Origin: Candidatus Poribacteria bacterium
GTDB taxonomy: Bacteria; Poribacteria; WGA-4E; PCPOR2b
Assembly (NCBI GenBank): GCA_965198175.1
Contig: OZ240245.1
Coordinates: forward strand, 1,632,001 to 1,696,000
Direction of reading: 5' to 3'
DNA: 64,000 nucleotides
Part shown: piece after piece, positions 1 to 10,802 of the stretch
Layout: each line of letters begins with the position of its first letter
How positions within the stretch are numbered: position 1 is the stretch's first letter
Notes under the pieces: model-generated
Seen by the model: only the letters and a program-made list of their open reading frames with translations
Database searches by the model: none
What the model was told of the DNA's origin: nothing
Position numbers and translations under genes: made by a program

Positions 1-105
1 GGCGTTGTTTTGGACACAATGTCTCAAATCGAGTCCTACCTAACCATGAGACATTATGAAGGATTTCTGAGAGATAGACGTATGAGAGGACGCCGTTCAA
101 GATAA
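1..105 (+). CDS. secY: Preprotein translocase SecY, 3' end (partial)
   Basis: Frame 1 reads GVVLDTMSQIESYLTMRHYEGFLRDRRMRGRRSR*, the typical SecY C-terminus; lies directly upstream of rpmJ-rpsM. Confidence 0.9.
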   Translation, partial: GVVLDTMSQIESYLTMRHYEGFLRDRRMRGRRSR

Positions 106-183
106 GTACCTTTGGCAGCACAACCTATTTTCATACATCGTTTGTTGACTAAATCTGAACGTCAGCATAGGAAGGGGAGTGTG

Positions 184-300
184 ATGAAAGTCCGCGCTTC
201 AGTTAAGAAAATATGTAATAAATGTAAAGTTATCAAGAGAAAAGGGATTGTCCGGGTGATTTGCCCTGCAAATCCAAAGCACAAACAGAGACAAGGATAG
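184..300 (+). CDS. rpmJ: 50S ribosomal protein L36
   Basis: [38 protein letters not shown] with Zn-ribbon Cys/His; ATG at 184 after a purine-rich RBS (track start 112 is over-extended). Confidence 0.97.
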   Translation: MKVRASVKKICNKCKVIKRKGIVRVICPANPKHKQRQG

Positions 301-428
301 CTTTGTTAGCGTTAGGCGATGTAAGACTTAAGTAATTAAGCAGTTGCTGTTTTATCTCAAGATTTCACAATCCGTTTCGGTCTTGGGAGTATGTCAATAG
401 AATCTTCAATCCATTGAGGAGGAAAACC

Positions 429-824
429 GTGGCAAGGATTGCCGGTGTCGATTTGCCCCGAAACAAAAGAATTGATATTGCCCTCACGCACATTTATGGA
501 ATTGGTCGTAGCACCGCAGCCAACATGGTAGAGGAATTGCAAATCCATCCTGCGACAAAATCAGAAGATCTCACTGAGGACGAAATCAGCCGTTTGAGAA
601 ACAACCTCGGCCAAGATTACAAAGTTGAAGGAGATCTCAGGCGTGAAATCGAGCTAAATATTAAAAGATTGGTAGACATCAACAGTTATCGTGGGTTGCG
701 TCATCGTCGGCAGCTACCTGTTCGAGGGCAACGCACGAGTACAAATGCGCGCACCCGCAAAGGAAGAGCAAGAACAGTTTCAGTTGGTAGGAAGGCAAAA
801 GAAGCCGCGCGTAAAGGTGGCTGA
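429..824 (+). CDS. rpsM: 30S ribosomal protein S13
   Basis: ARIAGVDLP...[29 protein letters not shown] at 429 after GAGGAGG. Confidence 0.97.
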   Translation: MARIAGVDLPRNKRIDIALTHIYGIGRSTAANMVEELQIHPATKSEDLTEDEISRLRNNLGQDYKVEGDLRREIELNIKRLVDINSYRGLRHRRQLPVRGQRTSTNARTRKGRARTVSVGRKAKEAARKGG

Positions 825-904
825 TACCCATCCAAAACTCGTGGACAATCAGGTATTATGAGATTTTATGATGTAAAATTCCAAATTTAATAAGGAGTTT
901 ACTC

Positions 905-1273
905 TTGAGAAAAAGGAAAGAAAAGAAAGACGTTCCTGAAGGAATTGCCCACATTCAAGCAACCTTTAATAACACGATTGTTACGATTACAGATCCAAAT
1001 GGTCATACAATCGCGTGGGCAAGTGCAGGGATGAACTTCCGTGGCTCCAGAAAGTCTACACCGTTTGCTGCGCAGCAGACAGCGGAGGCCGTCGCGAAGA
1101 AAGCGATGGAACATGGTGTGAAACGTGTTGAAGTTCGTGTGAAAGGACCAGGCGCCGGTAGAGAATCCACAATTCGAGCACTTTCATCCGCCGGATTGGA
1201 AATTACCTCCTTGAAAGATGTCACTCCAATTCCCCATAATGGTTGCCGTCCTCCCAAACGTCGTCGCGTTTAA
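905..1273 (+). CDS. rpsK: 30S ribosomal protein S11
   Basis: [43 protein letters not shown]. Confidence 0.97.
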   Translation: MRKRKEKKDVPEGIAHIQATFNNTIVTITDPNGHTIAWASAGMNFRGSRKSTPFAAQQTAEAVAKKAMEHGVKRVEVRVKGPGAGRESTIRALSSAGLEITSLKDVTPIPHNGCRPPKRRRV

Positions 1274-1315
1274 ATGAATTTTAGATATTCAGAAACTTAA
1301 CTTCAGAGAGTAAGG

Positions 1316-1942
1316 ATGAGCAGATATTTAGATTCGGTCTGTAAATTATGTCGTAGAGAAGGGGAAAAGCTCTTTTTGAAAGGGCCACGTTGCCATTCCC
1401 CGAAATGTTCGTTTGAACGTCGTGCCTACCCGCCCGGTGAACATGGTCAAAAGTCAAGCAAGGTCAAGGAGTATGGGCGACAATTACGTGAAAAACAGAA
1501 AGGCAAGCGCATTTACGGTATCTTAGAGAAACAATTTAGAAGATACTATTTGAAAGCGGTGCGTCAAAAAGGGATTGTCGGACAAAATCTAATTGTACTC
1601 TTGGAACGTCGGTTAGATAATCTGGTTTATCGCCTAGGTTTTGCAAGTTCACGTTCACAGGCACGGCAACTCGTTAAACACAACCACTTCCTTGTGAACG
1701 GAAAACGGGCTAATATTCCCTCCTACTTGGTACCCATTGGGGGTGTCATTCAAGTCCGGGAAAAGAGTCGTAATTTAGCGGTCATTGGTGAAGCCTTAGA
1801 ACTTGCTCAACACAAAGGGACACCAGATTGGCTAGAACTGAATGTTGATAAACAGGAGGGAGTTGTGCGGGCATTTCCCAAGGTAGAGCAAGTTGCTGCC
1901 AACCTCCAAACACAACTGATTGTTGAGCTTTATTCCAAGTAA
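1316..1942 (+). CDS. rpsD: 30S ribosomal protein S4
   Basis: [38 protein letters not shown]. Confidence 0.97.
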   Translation: MSRYLDSVCKLCRREGEKLFLKGPRCHSPKCSFERRAYPPGEHGQKSSKVKEYGRQLREKQKGKRIYGILEKQFRRYYLKAVRQKGIVGQNLIVLLERRLDNLVYRLGFASSRSQARQLVKHNHFLVNGKRANIPSYLVPIGGVIQVREKSRNLAVIGEALELAQHKGTPDWLELNVDKQEGVVRAFPKVEQVAANLQTQLIVELYSK

Positions 1943-1960
1943 TGATGCAGGGAGATTAAA

Positions 1961-2944
1961 TTGATGACGGGTTGGGAAATTACTAAGCCGCAGCGTCTTG
2001 TTGCAGATTTGGACACTTTGAGGGCTGATTATGGAAAATTCATTGCTGAACCGCTTGCAAGAGGATTTGGGATTACACTCGGCAATGCTCTGAGGCGGGT
2101 ATTATTGTCATCGCTTGAAGGCGCAGCGATTGTCACTGTTGCCATTGAAAATATTAAGCATGAATATTCGACAATCGAAGGGGTTAGGGAAGATATCGTT
2201 AAGATTCTCCTTAACCTCAAAGAGATTAGGTTCCATGTCTATTCCGAAGAGATTATTACATTGCGATTGTTTGCAGAAGGCTCATCTGAGGTTACTGCAG
2301 CGGATATCCAGCCGAATAGTCAGATTGATATTATCAACCCGGATCAACACATTGCAACACTAGATAAGTGTGATGGTTTGAACATGGAAATGCAAGTGTG
2401 TAAAGGGCGTGGTTACGCACTTTCTGAGGAGCATTTGAGTCCGAATCAACCGATTGGCGTTATTCCACTTGATGCCCAATTTTCTCCTGTCAAGAAAGTG
2501 AATTTCCATGTTGAAGAAACGCGGGTTGGACACATGACAAATTTTGATCGCCTCATCTTGGAGGTATGGACAGACGCGAGTCTCACGGCAAAAGAGGTGG
2601 TGACGCAGGCGGCAGAAATATTACTAGATCAGCTGCGGCTATTTAGTGATTTCGATGAAACTTATGTTGAGCCTGTTATTGAAATTGATGAAGAGAAGAT
2701 TCAACGCGACAAATATTTATCGAAACCTGTTGCAGAGCTAGAACTTTCAGTGCGTTCCGCCAATTGCTTGGAAGCTGCCAAGATCGTAGCCATCCGAGAT
2801 CTAGTGCACAAAACCGAGCAAGAAATGCTCAAGTACCGCAATTTTGGCAGAAAATCTTTAAATGAGATTAAGGATATTCTTGCAAGTATGGGACTCTCTT
2901 TGGGAATGGTTCTTGATGATGGAAATGATGAGAGAGGTGAGTAG
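1961..2944 (+). CDS. rpoA: RNA polymerase alpha subunit
   Basis: [25 protein letters not shown] and alpha-[26 protein letters not shown]. Confidence 0.97.
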   Translation: MMTGWEITKPQRLVADLDTLRADYGKFIAEPLARGFGITLGNALRRVLLSSLEGAAIVTVAIENIKHEYSTIEGVREDIVKILLNLKEIRFHVYSEEIITLRLFAEGSSEVTAADIQPNSQIDIINPDQHIATLDKCDGLNMEMQVCKGRGYALSEEHLSPNQPIGVIPLDAQFSPVKKVNFHVEETRVGHMTNFDRLILEVWTDASLTAKEVVTQAAEILLDQLRLFSDFDETYVEPVIEIDEEKIQRDKYLSKPVAELELSVRSANCLEAAKIVAIRDLVHKTEQEMLKYRNFGRKSLNEIKDILASMGLSLGMVLDDGNDERGE

Positions 2945-2946
2945 TC

Positions 2947-3303
2947 ATGCGTCATAGAAAGAGCGGACGAAAACTTGGCAGAACGAGTAGCCATCGTAAG
3001 GCTCTGTACAGTAACCAAGCAACGGCTCTATTTGAACATGAGCAGATTCGAACTACATTGCCCAAGTGCAAGGAACTCAGGCGAATTGCTGAAAAGTTGA
3101 TTACGTTAGCCAAACGAGGTGACCTGCACGCACGCCGTCAAGTTGCTCGTGTCATCCACGATCATTACATTTTGCAGAAGTTGTTTGATGAGATTGGCCC
3201 ACGTTATGAGACCCGAAATGGTGGCTATACTCGCATCATTCGAGGTGAGTTAAGAGGTGGCGATGACGCCCAGATGGCTTATATCAGTTTAGTTGATGAG
3301 TAG
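2947..3303 (+). CDS. rplQ: 50S ribosomal protein L17
   Basis: [20 protein letters not shown]...RNGGYTRI. Confidence 0.97.
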   Translation: MRHRKSGRKLGRTSSHRKALYSNQATALFEHEQIRTTLPKCKELRRIAEKLITLAKRGDLHARRQVARVIHDHYILQKLFDEIGPRYETRNGGYTRIIRGELRGGDDAQMAYISLVDE

Positions 3304-3455
3304 GGTATACAGCACAGTTGCTACCTTCCACGACCTCCTTACTTCTATAACTGTTCGACCGGTTCCTTCCCCCCTTATATTTGTGCCTCGGTGTGTCCGC
3401 TAATTCGCGCCAAGTTTCTTGAGGCCGCTAGCTAGCCTAGCTTTACGCCAAATGT

Positions 3456-6400
3456 CTACAATCCTCTCTGTGTTTGCTTAGATAACGCCTTAAAATACTG
3501 CTCAATCAATCCACGATACTGAGGTGGAAACCCTTCTCGCCCACCAGACTTGAGGGCGGATTCAAGATAGTGTATTTGCTCTAGCAGTTTGGAATCGAGT
3601 GGTGGTGCATCTGTTGTGGAATCCGTCGGTTTTTTCGCGACCTCGCTTTTGCGCTTTTTGCTAATCTCTCGTTTCTGTAACGATTTGGAACTTTCGAGCA
3701 TTCGGGTTAGAATCTGTCGCTGTTTTTCCAACACGCGTTGGTTCAAGTCTCCCCGCTTGAGTTCTGCTTCCACCTCTTTCATTTCATCGGAAACACTATT
3801 GAGATCGCCGAGTACCTGTGACATCTTTTCCATCATTTCAGCCAACCGTTCGGTCGCTTCACGAATCATCTGCTGCTCGTAAGCCAAACGATTAAGCAAC
3901 TGTCCCATCTCGGGTGTCCGTCCTTGCTGCCGCATCTGCTCATGCAGATTTTGAGCCATCTCATTCAGTGTTTCCTGATTCTGTGCTAGTTCCTGAAGTT
4001 GCTCCAACATATTCTGTAATCCTGCCATATTCATCTGTTGGTTCATTTGGTCTATTGCTTTGAGGAGATCTGAGATAGCTTGGTTGAGATCCGCCAATCC
4101 CTGCTTCTGGATGGGAGTTGCCAAACTCGGTTTTCGATCTTCTAACGCACGCGCCGATCTCTCAAGGGCATCGCTTGCGGCTTTGAGCCTCAAGACGATT
4201 TTCAGATCGATTTGCATCTGTTCCTTGCCTAATTCCCAGAGTCGGCTGGCAAGGTCATAGATGCCCGCCCCAATGCTCAACTCGCTCGCTGCAAATCGCT
4301 GTAATCGCTTGATTTCCAATTCAATATAACGTCCATGTCCCGATTGCAAGAGTTCGTCGGTTCCATCAATCACCTTCTCGTGGAGATGGGAGAGATAGAG
4401 ACCGTCACGCACGGCTTCTCGCATAGCAGCTAAAGCTACATCAGCATTCGCCCCCATGAACTCTATCGCGTTGTCTAATCCTTGCGCGAGTTCATTCAAT
4501 CCTTGTTGCGCCTGCTGTCCTGGCATCATGGAAGCTTGCATGCGAGAGCGCCGAATTTGTGAACTGGCGGATTGGAGTTTTTGAGCGATTTCCTGCTCTC
4601 GTGTATTCTGATTTAGCCGCTTTATTTCATCGGCAACACGTTGCAGATTCCCCCGTGTCGACATTTGTTCGCCTAGTTCATCAAGCGCTTCCTGCAGGGA
4701 TTCCAATCCTTCCATAACGCGATGTTCTTGTTTGGCGAGATCCCCCGACCTCATTTCCATCCCTTCACCGTTTTGATTGGCTTGGTTCATCAAATCTTTT
4801 ACCGCATCCATCAAGCGTTTCTGACGTTCAGCAAGTTCCATTGCACGCTTTGCCGCCGCTTCCAGTTGCTGCTCAAGAATCATCTGCTGATAGAGTTCTT
4901 TCAATCGATTCAGTTGCTGAAGCAGTTGTTCTTGGTTAAAATTGGCTTCCATCAATTTTCTTTCTTGTTCGGACAACTCTCGCTGCTGCAACGCTTCAGA
5001 CAACTTACGCAGAAGTTCCTTATGCGTTTCTGACAGCGCTTGTTCCATCAGTCCTCGCAATTCCTGATACTCCTGCACGGTCTGCAATTCAAATAACTGA
5101 TTCTTTTCCATCTGCTCGGCAGTTTGCTTCATCTCTTCGATCAGATCTTTTGAGGTTTTCTCAATTTGTTTCTGAGTCTCAAACACCTGTTGTACTAACT
5201 TTTCATCCTTGAGAGTAAGCTGCTGGCTCTTGCGAATCTTGTCCAATAGGTCATTGATTGTCGCTGTCACTTCAGCTTGCTCATTAAACAAGGCTTCGAG
5301 TCCTTGATGTTCGAACTCCTGCTCAGCCTCAATTGCTTCATATAGTTCTGCAATGGACGGAAAACGGATTGAGTAGGTGTTGGATTTTCCTACCTTTGGC
5401 CCCGTGATATCATCTGAGTCGATTGCTTCGACATGATAAGAAACGACATCTTCAGGAAATAGCCCAATTGAATCAATATCCCAGCTAAAATCGATGTAGG
5501 CGGCTGTTTGGGGCGGATTGCAAGTTTTCAGAGGGACAATCGTATTACTTTCATTTTCCCCTTCAACCCTATAGACTAGGCGAATCTCTTGCACCCCATA
5601 GTCATCTTCAGCATCAATCTGGAGATTTACAGTCATGGTTTCATCAAGGGTGACATCTTTCCCGGGCTCAACGATTTCAATCTTCGGTTCGGCATCCTTG
5701 ATTGTATGAATCGTGTAAACAATCGGCTGTGAATTCGAAATGCCATCGGCGTCAATCAGTTCGATATGGTATTTTTCGCTGTGTTGGACAATGAAACTCC
5801 CGATTAATCGGTTATCGTCTAAAACTTTGAGTTTGACAGCCGGTGATTGCTCAAAGACCAACATCGCCGAAGCGAGGGATTTACTGCTTGCTCCATCGAA
5901 CTGCACTTCGGTACCAATGAGCGTGCTGACATCGCCGAAATTTTCTTCCAAAACCTGCGGAGAGAGTTGAGTGTATTTGGGATAGCTGAGTTTAAGCTGA
6001 AAACGGCTAACGATTGGATCGCGCGCAACGGTAATTCGGTGGTGCTCTGATTCGGCTTCTTTCTCCTTGATGTAGTATTCCATTGACTGCGTGACATTTT
6101 TGAGTGTAATGTGATAGCCAGTCTCCGTATCGTTTTGCTCCATTAAAATGGAACGCCATTTCTCGGCGGGTGAAACAGGCTGTTCAGTCCGCTGATTCGT
6201 CGGATTCAGAGCTTGTATTACATGATAGTAAAGATATACTGAGGCACCGAGATGTCCGGTCACCTTCGCTGAGATAGTGATATCTGCTCCAGATTCAACG
6301 AGTATATTTCCCGGCTCGATTTCATCGATTTGGGCGACAACAACTTCTTGGGGTGGGTTGGGAAGTTCATTGAATGCCTGCACGAAATTTTTCAAAGCTG

Positions 6401-6938
6401 CGGGGAAAATAAGGTTAACCAGAATCAGTAAAACCAATGCGCCCACGGCTAATCCAGCGTTTTTCTTGATACTGATTAATTCCTTCTCAAAAACTTGCTT
6501 TGTTTTGATTCGATCGAGCGATTGATGTGCCTGTTCGATAAGCTTTTCGATGAATCCCAAGGCGTACCCAAAACGGTTATGCTCCAACTCCGGCTTGAGT
6601 TGAACCGCACTCAATAGACGGTTTTCAAAGCTAGAATTACTGGTCTCAACATATGCCGCTACACTATTATTGGTAAGTCTTTGAAAAATCGGGCGGATTA
6701 GATAGCGAAACGCTGTATAGGCGGTAATGACTAGCCATAGTAACACAAGCCCAACACGTGGAAGACGCGGCAATTGCATGAGCGAATCAGTCACGAGCAC
6801 AGTAGCAAGGCTTATGGCGAGCACAGCAAGCCATCGCAATAAACTATGAGATACAAGCAACAATCTCCACTGAGTTCGCAGCAGTTGGAGTCGATTAATG
6901 ATTACTTCATAGGACTGATTAGTGGTTCGATTTGACAT
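3456..6938 (-). CDS. Large membrane-anchored coiled-coil protein (DUF4175-like)
   Basis: N-terminal TM helices, Ig-like middle with EDDYGV motif, long Q/E-rich coiled coil, C-terminal PPQYRGLIEQYFKAL. Confidence 0.75.
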   Translation of the reverse strand: MSNRTTNQSYEVIINRLQLLRTQWRLLLVSHSLLRWLAVLAISLATVLVTDSLMQLPRLPRVGLVLLWLVITAYTAFRYLIRPIFQRLTNNSVAAYVETSNSSFENRLLSAVQLKPELEHNRFGYALGFIEKLIEQAHQSLDRIKTKQVFEKELISIKKNAGLAVGALVLLILVNLIFPAALKNFVQAFNELPNPPQEVVVAQIDEIEPGNILVESGADITISAKVTGHLGASVYLYYHVIQALNPTNQRTEQPVSPAEKWRSILMEQNDTETGYHITLKNVTQSMEYYIKEKEAESEHHRITVARDPIVSRFQLKLSYPKYTQLSPQVLEENFGDVSTLIGTEVQFDGASSKSLASAMLVFEQSPAVKLKVLDDNRLIGSFIVQHSEKYHIELIDADGISNSQPIVYTIHTIKDAEPKIEIVEPGKDVTLDETMTVNLQIDAEDDYGVQEIRLVYRVEGENESNTIVPLKTCNPPQTAAYIDFSWDIDSIGLFPEDVVSYHVEAIDSDDITGPKVGKSNTYSIRFPSIAELYEAIEAEQEFEHQGLEALFNEQAEVTATINDLLDKIRKSQQLTLKDEKLVQQVFETQKQIEKTSKDLIEEMKQTAEQMEKNQLFELQTVQEYQELRGLMEQALSETHKELLRKLSEALQQRELSEQERKLMEANFNQEQLLQQLNRLKELYQQMILEQQLEAAAKRAMELAERQKRLMDAVKDLMNQANQNGEGMEMRSGDLAKQEHRVMEGLESLQEALDELGEQMSTRGNLQRVADEIKRLNQNTREQEIAQKLQSASSQIRRSRMQASMMPGQQAQQGLNELAQGLDNAIEFMGANADVALAAMREAVRDGLYLSHLHEKVIDGTDELLQSGHGRYIELEIKRLQRFAASELSIGAGIYDLASRLWELGKEQMQIDLKIVLRLKAASDALERSARALEDRKPSLATPIQKQGLADLNQAISDLLKAIDQMNQQMNMAGLQNMLEQLQELAQNQETLNEMAQNLHEQMRQQGRTPEMGQLLNRLAYEQQMIREATERLAEMMEKMSQVLGDLNSVSDEMKEVEAELKRGDLNQRVLEKQRQILTRMLESSKSLQKREISKKRKSEVAKKPTDSTTDAPPLDSKLLEQIHYLESALKSGGREGFPPQYRGLIEQYFKALSKQTQRGL

Positions 6939-7113
6939 GTTACACCTTCCATGAAATTGAAACGCAGTACATGATGTCCGGTAGATCTTCTAACTTCGCT
7001 TTCGGCGCCATCCCCTTCAAGTCTGTTTTCCATCTTGGTTAATTAGGAGTTGCTTGAATGTTTTTTGATTTCTAAATCGAGTCGACGTACACTCCCGTCA
7101 GGGGTCAAAGCGC

Positions 7114-7158
7114 AGGGAACCTAGGTCAAATTTCCTAATAATTCGACCTAGGTTCTTT
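7114..7158. other. Strong intergenic inverted repeat (stem-loop)
   Basis: GAACCTAGGTC(A)AATT ... AATT(C)GACCTAGGTTC between two co-oriented genes. Confidence 0.6.
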
Positions 7159-7206
7159 ACAATATGTGTTTTGCTTCCCAGCCACCGTTATTCCCTCTCA
7201 TCTCAC

Positions 7207-7884
7207 CTAATGTGTTAGCGCATAAACTGCGATATTAACTGCCATCTTCGCGGCGAGCTGACGAATTTCAGGGGTATCATTGGGATGTACCTCTGAATCT
7301 TCCAGTCCATCCCCGATGTCAGCGCTATAGGCGTAATAAACTACCATTCGCCCCTCGTGAAATAGCCCAAAGCCTTGAGCCGGTTCAGCATCGTGCTCGT
7401 GAATCTTCGGTAAGCCGTTGGCAAAATTGTAAAAACAGTGGTAGATTAGATGCGAATTCGGTATTGGTTGAAGTTTCTGATTCGGGAACACTCGGCGCAT
7501 TTCACGGCGAAAACTCTTATCGAGTCCGTAGTCGTCATTTACGAAGAGAAAGCCGCCGTGCGTTAGGTAAAAGCGCAATGCTTCGACCTCTCTCTCAGTC
7601 AGATGGATATTACCGTGCCCGACAATGTACAGCATTGGGTATTCATATAGGTTTCGATTCGTTAGCTTCACAATCACGCGATCATGGACTGTCTCAATAT
7701 CAGTGTCCCTGCGAAGCCTTTTAAGCCAGTTGCGGATAGCTGTCTGATCTCCGTACCAATCGCCGCCGCCGTCATATTGAACCTGGACTATCACGAATTT
7801 CTCGCCCGCGGCTTGGGTGGATGCGATTAGGACAACTAAACCCAGAAAAAATGTATAGATTGCCTTTTTTCGATTATTATTCAT
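7207..7884 (-). CDS. DUF4159 domain secreted protein
   Basis: Signal peptide after MNNNRKK (likely start 7884), YDGGGDWY, GGFLFVNDDYGLD, DIGDGLED, MAVNIAVYALTH. Confidence 0.85.
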   Translation of the reverse strand: MNNNRKKAIYTFFLGLVVLIASTQAAGEKFVIVQVQYDGGGDWYGDQTAIRNWLKRLRRDTDIETVHDRVIVKLTNRNLYEYPMLYIVGHGNIHLTEREVEALRFYLTHGGFLFVNDDYGLDKSFRREMRRVFPNQKLQPIPNSHLIYHCFYNFANGLPKIHEHDAEPAQGFGLFHEGRMVVYYAYSADIGDGLEDSEVHPNDTPEIRQLAAKMAVNIAVYALTH

Positions 7885-8064
7885 GACGACACTTGTTCTA
7901 TCGAGGTTAATAATGTTTATCACAGTTAAATTGGCGTCTTTACGGCTGTGAAGGTAGCTTCCTACATGCAACTCATGCTCGCATTTTTTTTCCCGATCCA
8001 CGTTCCTTTATTTATTGTCAGTTATCCGCAAATGCAGTGTTTACAAGAAGACTTTCGATTGCAT

Positions 8065-10332
8065 TTACACCAGTCCGCTTCGCTTACGCAAAAACCATTC
8101 TGCACCTAGCAAACTAACCACAAGAATCAGGACAATCGGGGTATCCCACAAATCCCGTTCCTGAATAGCAAAATCTCGCTCTTCAACATCTTCAATCTTT
8201 TTGGGTAGAGATTCCACATCAACAATCGGGGTGTAGATACCGCCTGTTTTTGCTGCTAATTGCTTAAGCAACTGCTCGTTGAGTTGTGGATTTTCAAACT
8301 CCGCAAGTGGAGATTGAACGAAGATTTCTGTCGAATCTTTACCCAATGAAGAAAAGTCTTCGACACCCAGGGCATGAATTTGGTAGTTTCCCTTCTGGTT
8401 GGCCTCAAATTGAGCGGTGTAGACGCCCGCAATCTGCGAACTAGCAGCGGTACGAACTTGAAACGATTTTCTGTCTGGGGGAATTACGTCAATTTTGAAC
8501 GCTGCATCTGCCAGCGGACGATAACTCTCATCATAAGCGTATACCGTAATCTGAACCTCGTCCCCGACTAAATAGGTTGTCAAATCGGTCGTAAGGTTAA
8601 TCCGTTTGGCGTCAGTCCGCGTTGCTGCCATCCAGCGGATAGTCCCTCCCCAAAAGCGAGGATAAGTATCGTCTTCATCTTTGAACCCCCAAACGCCAAA
8701 TCCCCAAGTCCACAGCCCTTCTGCCGCAATCAGGAGACTCTTTCCTAAGCCAAATCGCTGAAAAATGACGATTGGCATGGATATTTCGGCCCGAGGTTGT
8801 TGGTGCACTGCAAGGGTAGTTGCCCCACCCCTGAGACGGAATCCATCAAACCATCGTGATAGGGTTGGCATGTCTCTCCAAATGGCTTCAACTTTTGCTT
8901 GCGTATCTCCCAACTGCGTAATTGGATGGTAGAATCCTTGATGGGTAGGTTTCAGATTGAAATCTTCGTCTCGAACTGAGCAACCGTTCGTCGGGATGAC
9001 AATCGGCAACAGGCGTTCCAGGGAGGTTTCTCTTAAGCCATTAACACCAAGTGAGTTTCGTCCCCCAAGAAAGATAACAGACTTACCCTGATTTTCTACG
9101 AAATCAACAATTGCGTCCTGCTGTGCTTTAATCAAGGTATTTGATCGCAAATCCCCGATAATCAGTACATCGTAGGTCAGCAACTCAGCGAGGGTTACTG
9201 GAAAATACGCCAGACGGTCCAAGTCGGTTGTCTGTGGATAGTATTGCTTCGTGCGCTCCAGCAGCGTTCCGCGAAGTTGACGGCGCGTCCGACTCGATAC
9301 AATCATGCAAGTTGGATCGATGTTCGCATCCTGTTCCAACACTCGTTTGAGAAAGGCATATTCCCAGCGAGGTCCTCCATCAATGTAAAGTACACGCAGC
9401 TTCGTTTTGACAACTTTTAAGGGAAAGGCTTTCTCGTTGTTCTCATGCGTGAGTTCATCCGGCAGAGTCGGCACGGAAATGATATATTGAAAAACACCTT
9501 CTTCATGGGGATTCAAAGTGAATTCGATGACCTGGGTCGGTCGGTCGACCAATGTCACCAACGCTGCGTCAGCCACACGATTTTCTTGCATCAATGAAAC
9601 ACGAATCTTGCTCCCAGCGTAGCCTGCATGTTCGACAGCAACACGGATAGGTACATCGTGTCCCATGTAAACAACAGGACTCACCTCAATTTTTGAAATT
9701 TTCAGATCTTTGGGAGGTTGAGGACTACCGACGCCGACCGTGTAAAAGGGTACTTGCATATCAGTGATGCTTTCGAGGTGAAACGTTGAAGTGTTATGGG
9801 CGCCGTCAGTAATTAGAATCACACCAGCGAGCCGTTGACCGTGCCACTCTTTGAGCACCTTCTGGATTGAGGCAGCAATATCTGTTAATCTGCCTTTCGC
9901 TTCAAGCGGCTCAACCGAGTCGGTGATTTTCTGAGGTTGCGTATCAAATTGGTATAGATGTACCTCAAATCGATTGGCGAGAACCGCAAGAAATTGGCTT
10001 GACAGATCGAATAATAGCCGATTCACAAGGGTCAAACGGTTTGTTTGCTGACCGTCTGACTTCACATCGTCAAGCCCCATGCTTTGGGAAGTATCTGCAA
10101 GAATCAAAAGATTTGTCCGCGGGGTAACGTCTTTTCTCTCAATTATCACGGGCGCCAGCAGACAAAACAACAATACCGATGAGGCCGCAACCCTTAGTCC
10201 GATTAGAAGGAATCTAAACTCTTGACTGAGCGAACGTTGTAGACGGAAGTAAGCATAAACCGTAACACTCCCCACAATCGCCAGCCCTAACGCAGTTGCC
10301 CACGCTGGCCAAAAAAAAGCAAATCGCATCAA
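8065..10332 (-). CDS. Membrane protein with VWA (MIDAS) and glutamine-amidotransferase-like domains
   Basis: N-terminal TM pair, DTSQS and ILITDG MIDAS elements, GGPRWEYAFLKR, C-terminal TM with EWFLRKRSGL. Confidence 0.75.
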   Translation of the reverse strand: MMRFAFFWPAWATALGLAIVGSVTVYAYFRLQRSLSQEFRFLLIGLRVAASSVLLFCLLAPVIIERKDVTPRTNLLILADTSQSMGLDDVKSDGQQTNRLTLVNRLLFDLSSQFLAVLANRFEVHLYQFDTQPQKITDSVEPLEAKGRLTDIAASIQKVLKEWHGQRLAGVILITDGAHNTSTFHLESITDMQVPFYTVGVGSPQPPKDLKISKIEVSPVVYMGHDVPIRVAVEHAGYAGSKIRVSLMQENRVADAALVTLVDRPTQVIEFTLNPHEEGVFQYIISVPTLPDELTHENNEKAFPLKVVKTKLRVLYIDGGPRWEYAFLKRVLEQDANIDPTCMIVSSRTRRQLRGTLLERTKQYYPQTTDLDRLAYFPVTLAELLTYDVLIIGDLRSNTLIKAQQDAIVDFVENQGKSVIFLGGRNSLGVNGLRETSLERLLPIVIPTNGCSVRDEDFNLKPTHQGFYHPITQLGDTQAKVEAIWRDMPTLSRWFDGFRLRGGATTLAVHQQPRAEISMPIVIFQRFGLGKSLLIAAEGLWTWGFGVWGFKDEDDTYPRFWGGTIRWMAATRTDAKRINLTTDLTTYLVGDEVQITVYAYDESYRPLADAAFKIDVIPPDRKSFQVRTAASSQIAGVYTAQFEANQKGNYQIHALGVEDFSSLGKDSTEIFVQSPLAEFENPQLNEQLLKQLAAKTGGIYTPIVDVESLPKKIEDVEERDFAIQERDLWDTPIVLILVVSLLGAEWFLRKRSGLV

Positions 10333-10802
10333 ACTCCCTTTTTTATAAGCGTTGGTGAATTATACCTTACCCGTTGAAAGCCCGTCAACTAAATCCTGAG
10401 CCATTAACCTGCATTTCCTACAGCCAGACATCGACTTGTGATGGCGTACTAAATTTAATGGGGAATGCTTGATGCGTAAGTTTTTAGCTCGGCAAGTAGT
10501 GCATTCAACACGCGAGCCTTATTGATGACAGCTAAGTGAAACGAGAATTTAGATTCATCGACCTTACGATACTGAGCACTTGGACTGGAGTAGTGGGCGA
10601 CTATTCAGATGGGAGATGTTGGAAGGTGATTGGTAGGTTGGGGTATATGCTGCTGGTGGTCATATCCTGATTGATTTTCTGATAATTCGTATTCGTAACT
10701 TCATCATTCTACTCTAAGCCAATCTTTGTGTTTGATCGCTGTTTTACATCTCCCTTTTTCCATACACAATAACGTCTCTTCACTTGTGTCCTTGATGGAT
10801 TC

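Noticed and set aside
10333..10802. Possible gene remnant or IS end (TGCGTAAGT) in the 470-nt gap
   Set aside because: Only short open frames and a partial match to the IS end; not distinguishable from chance.
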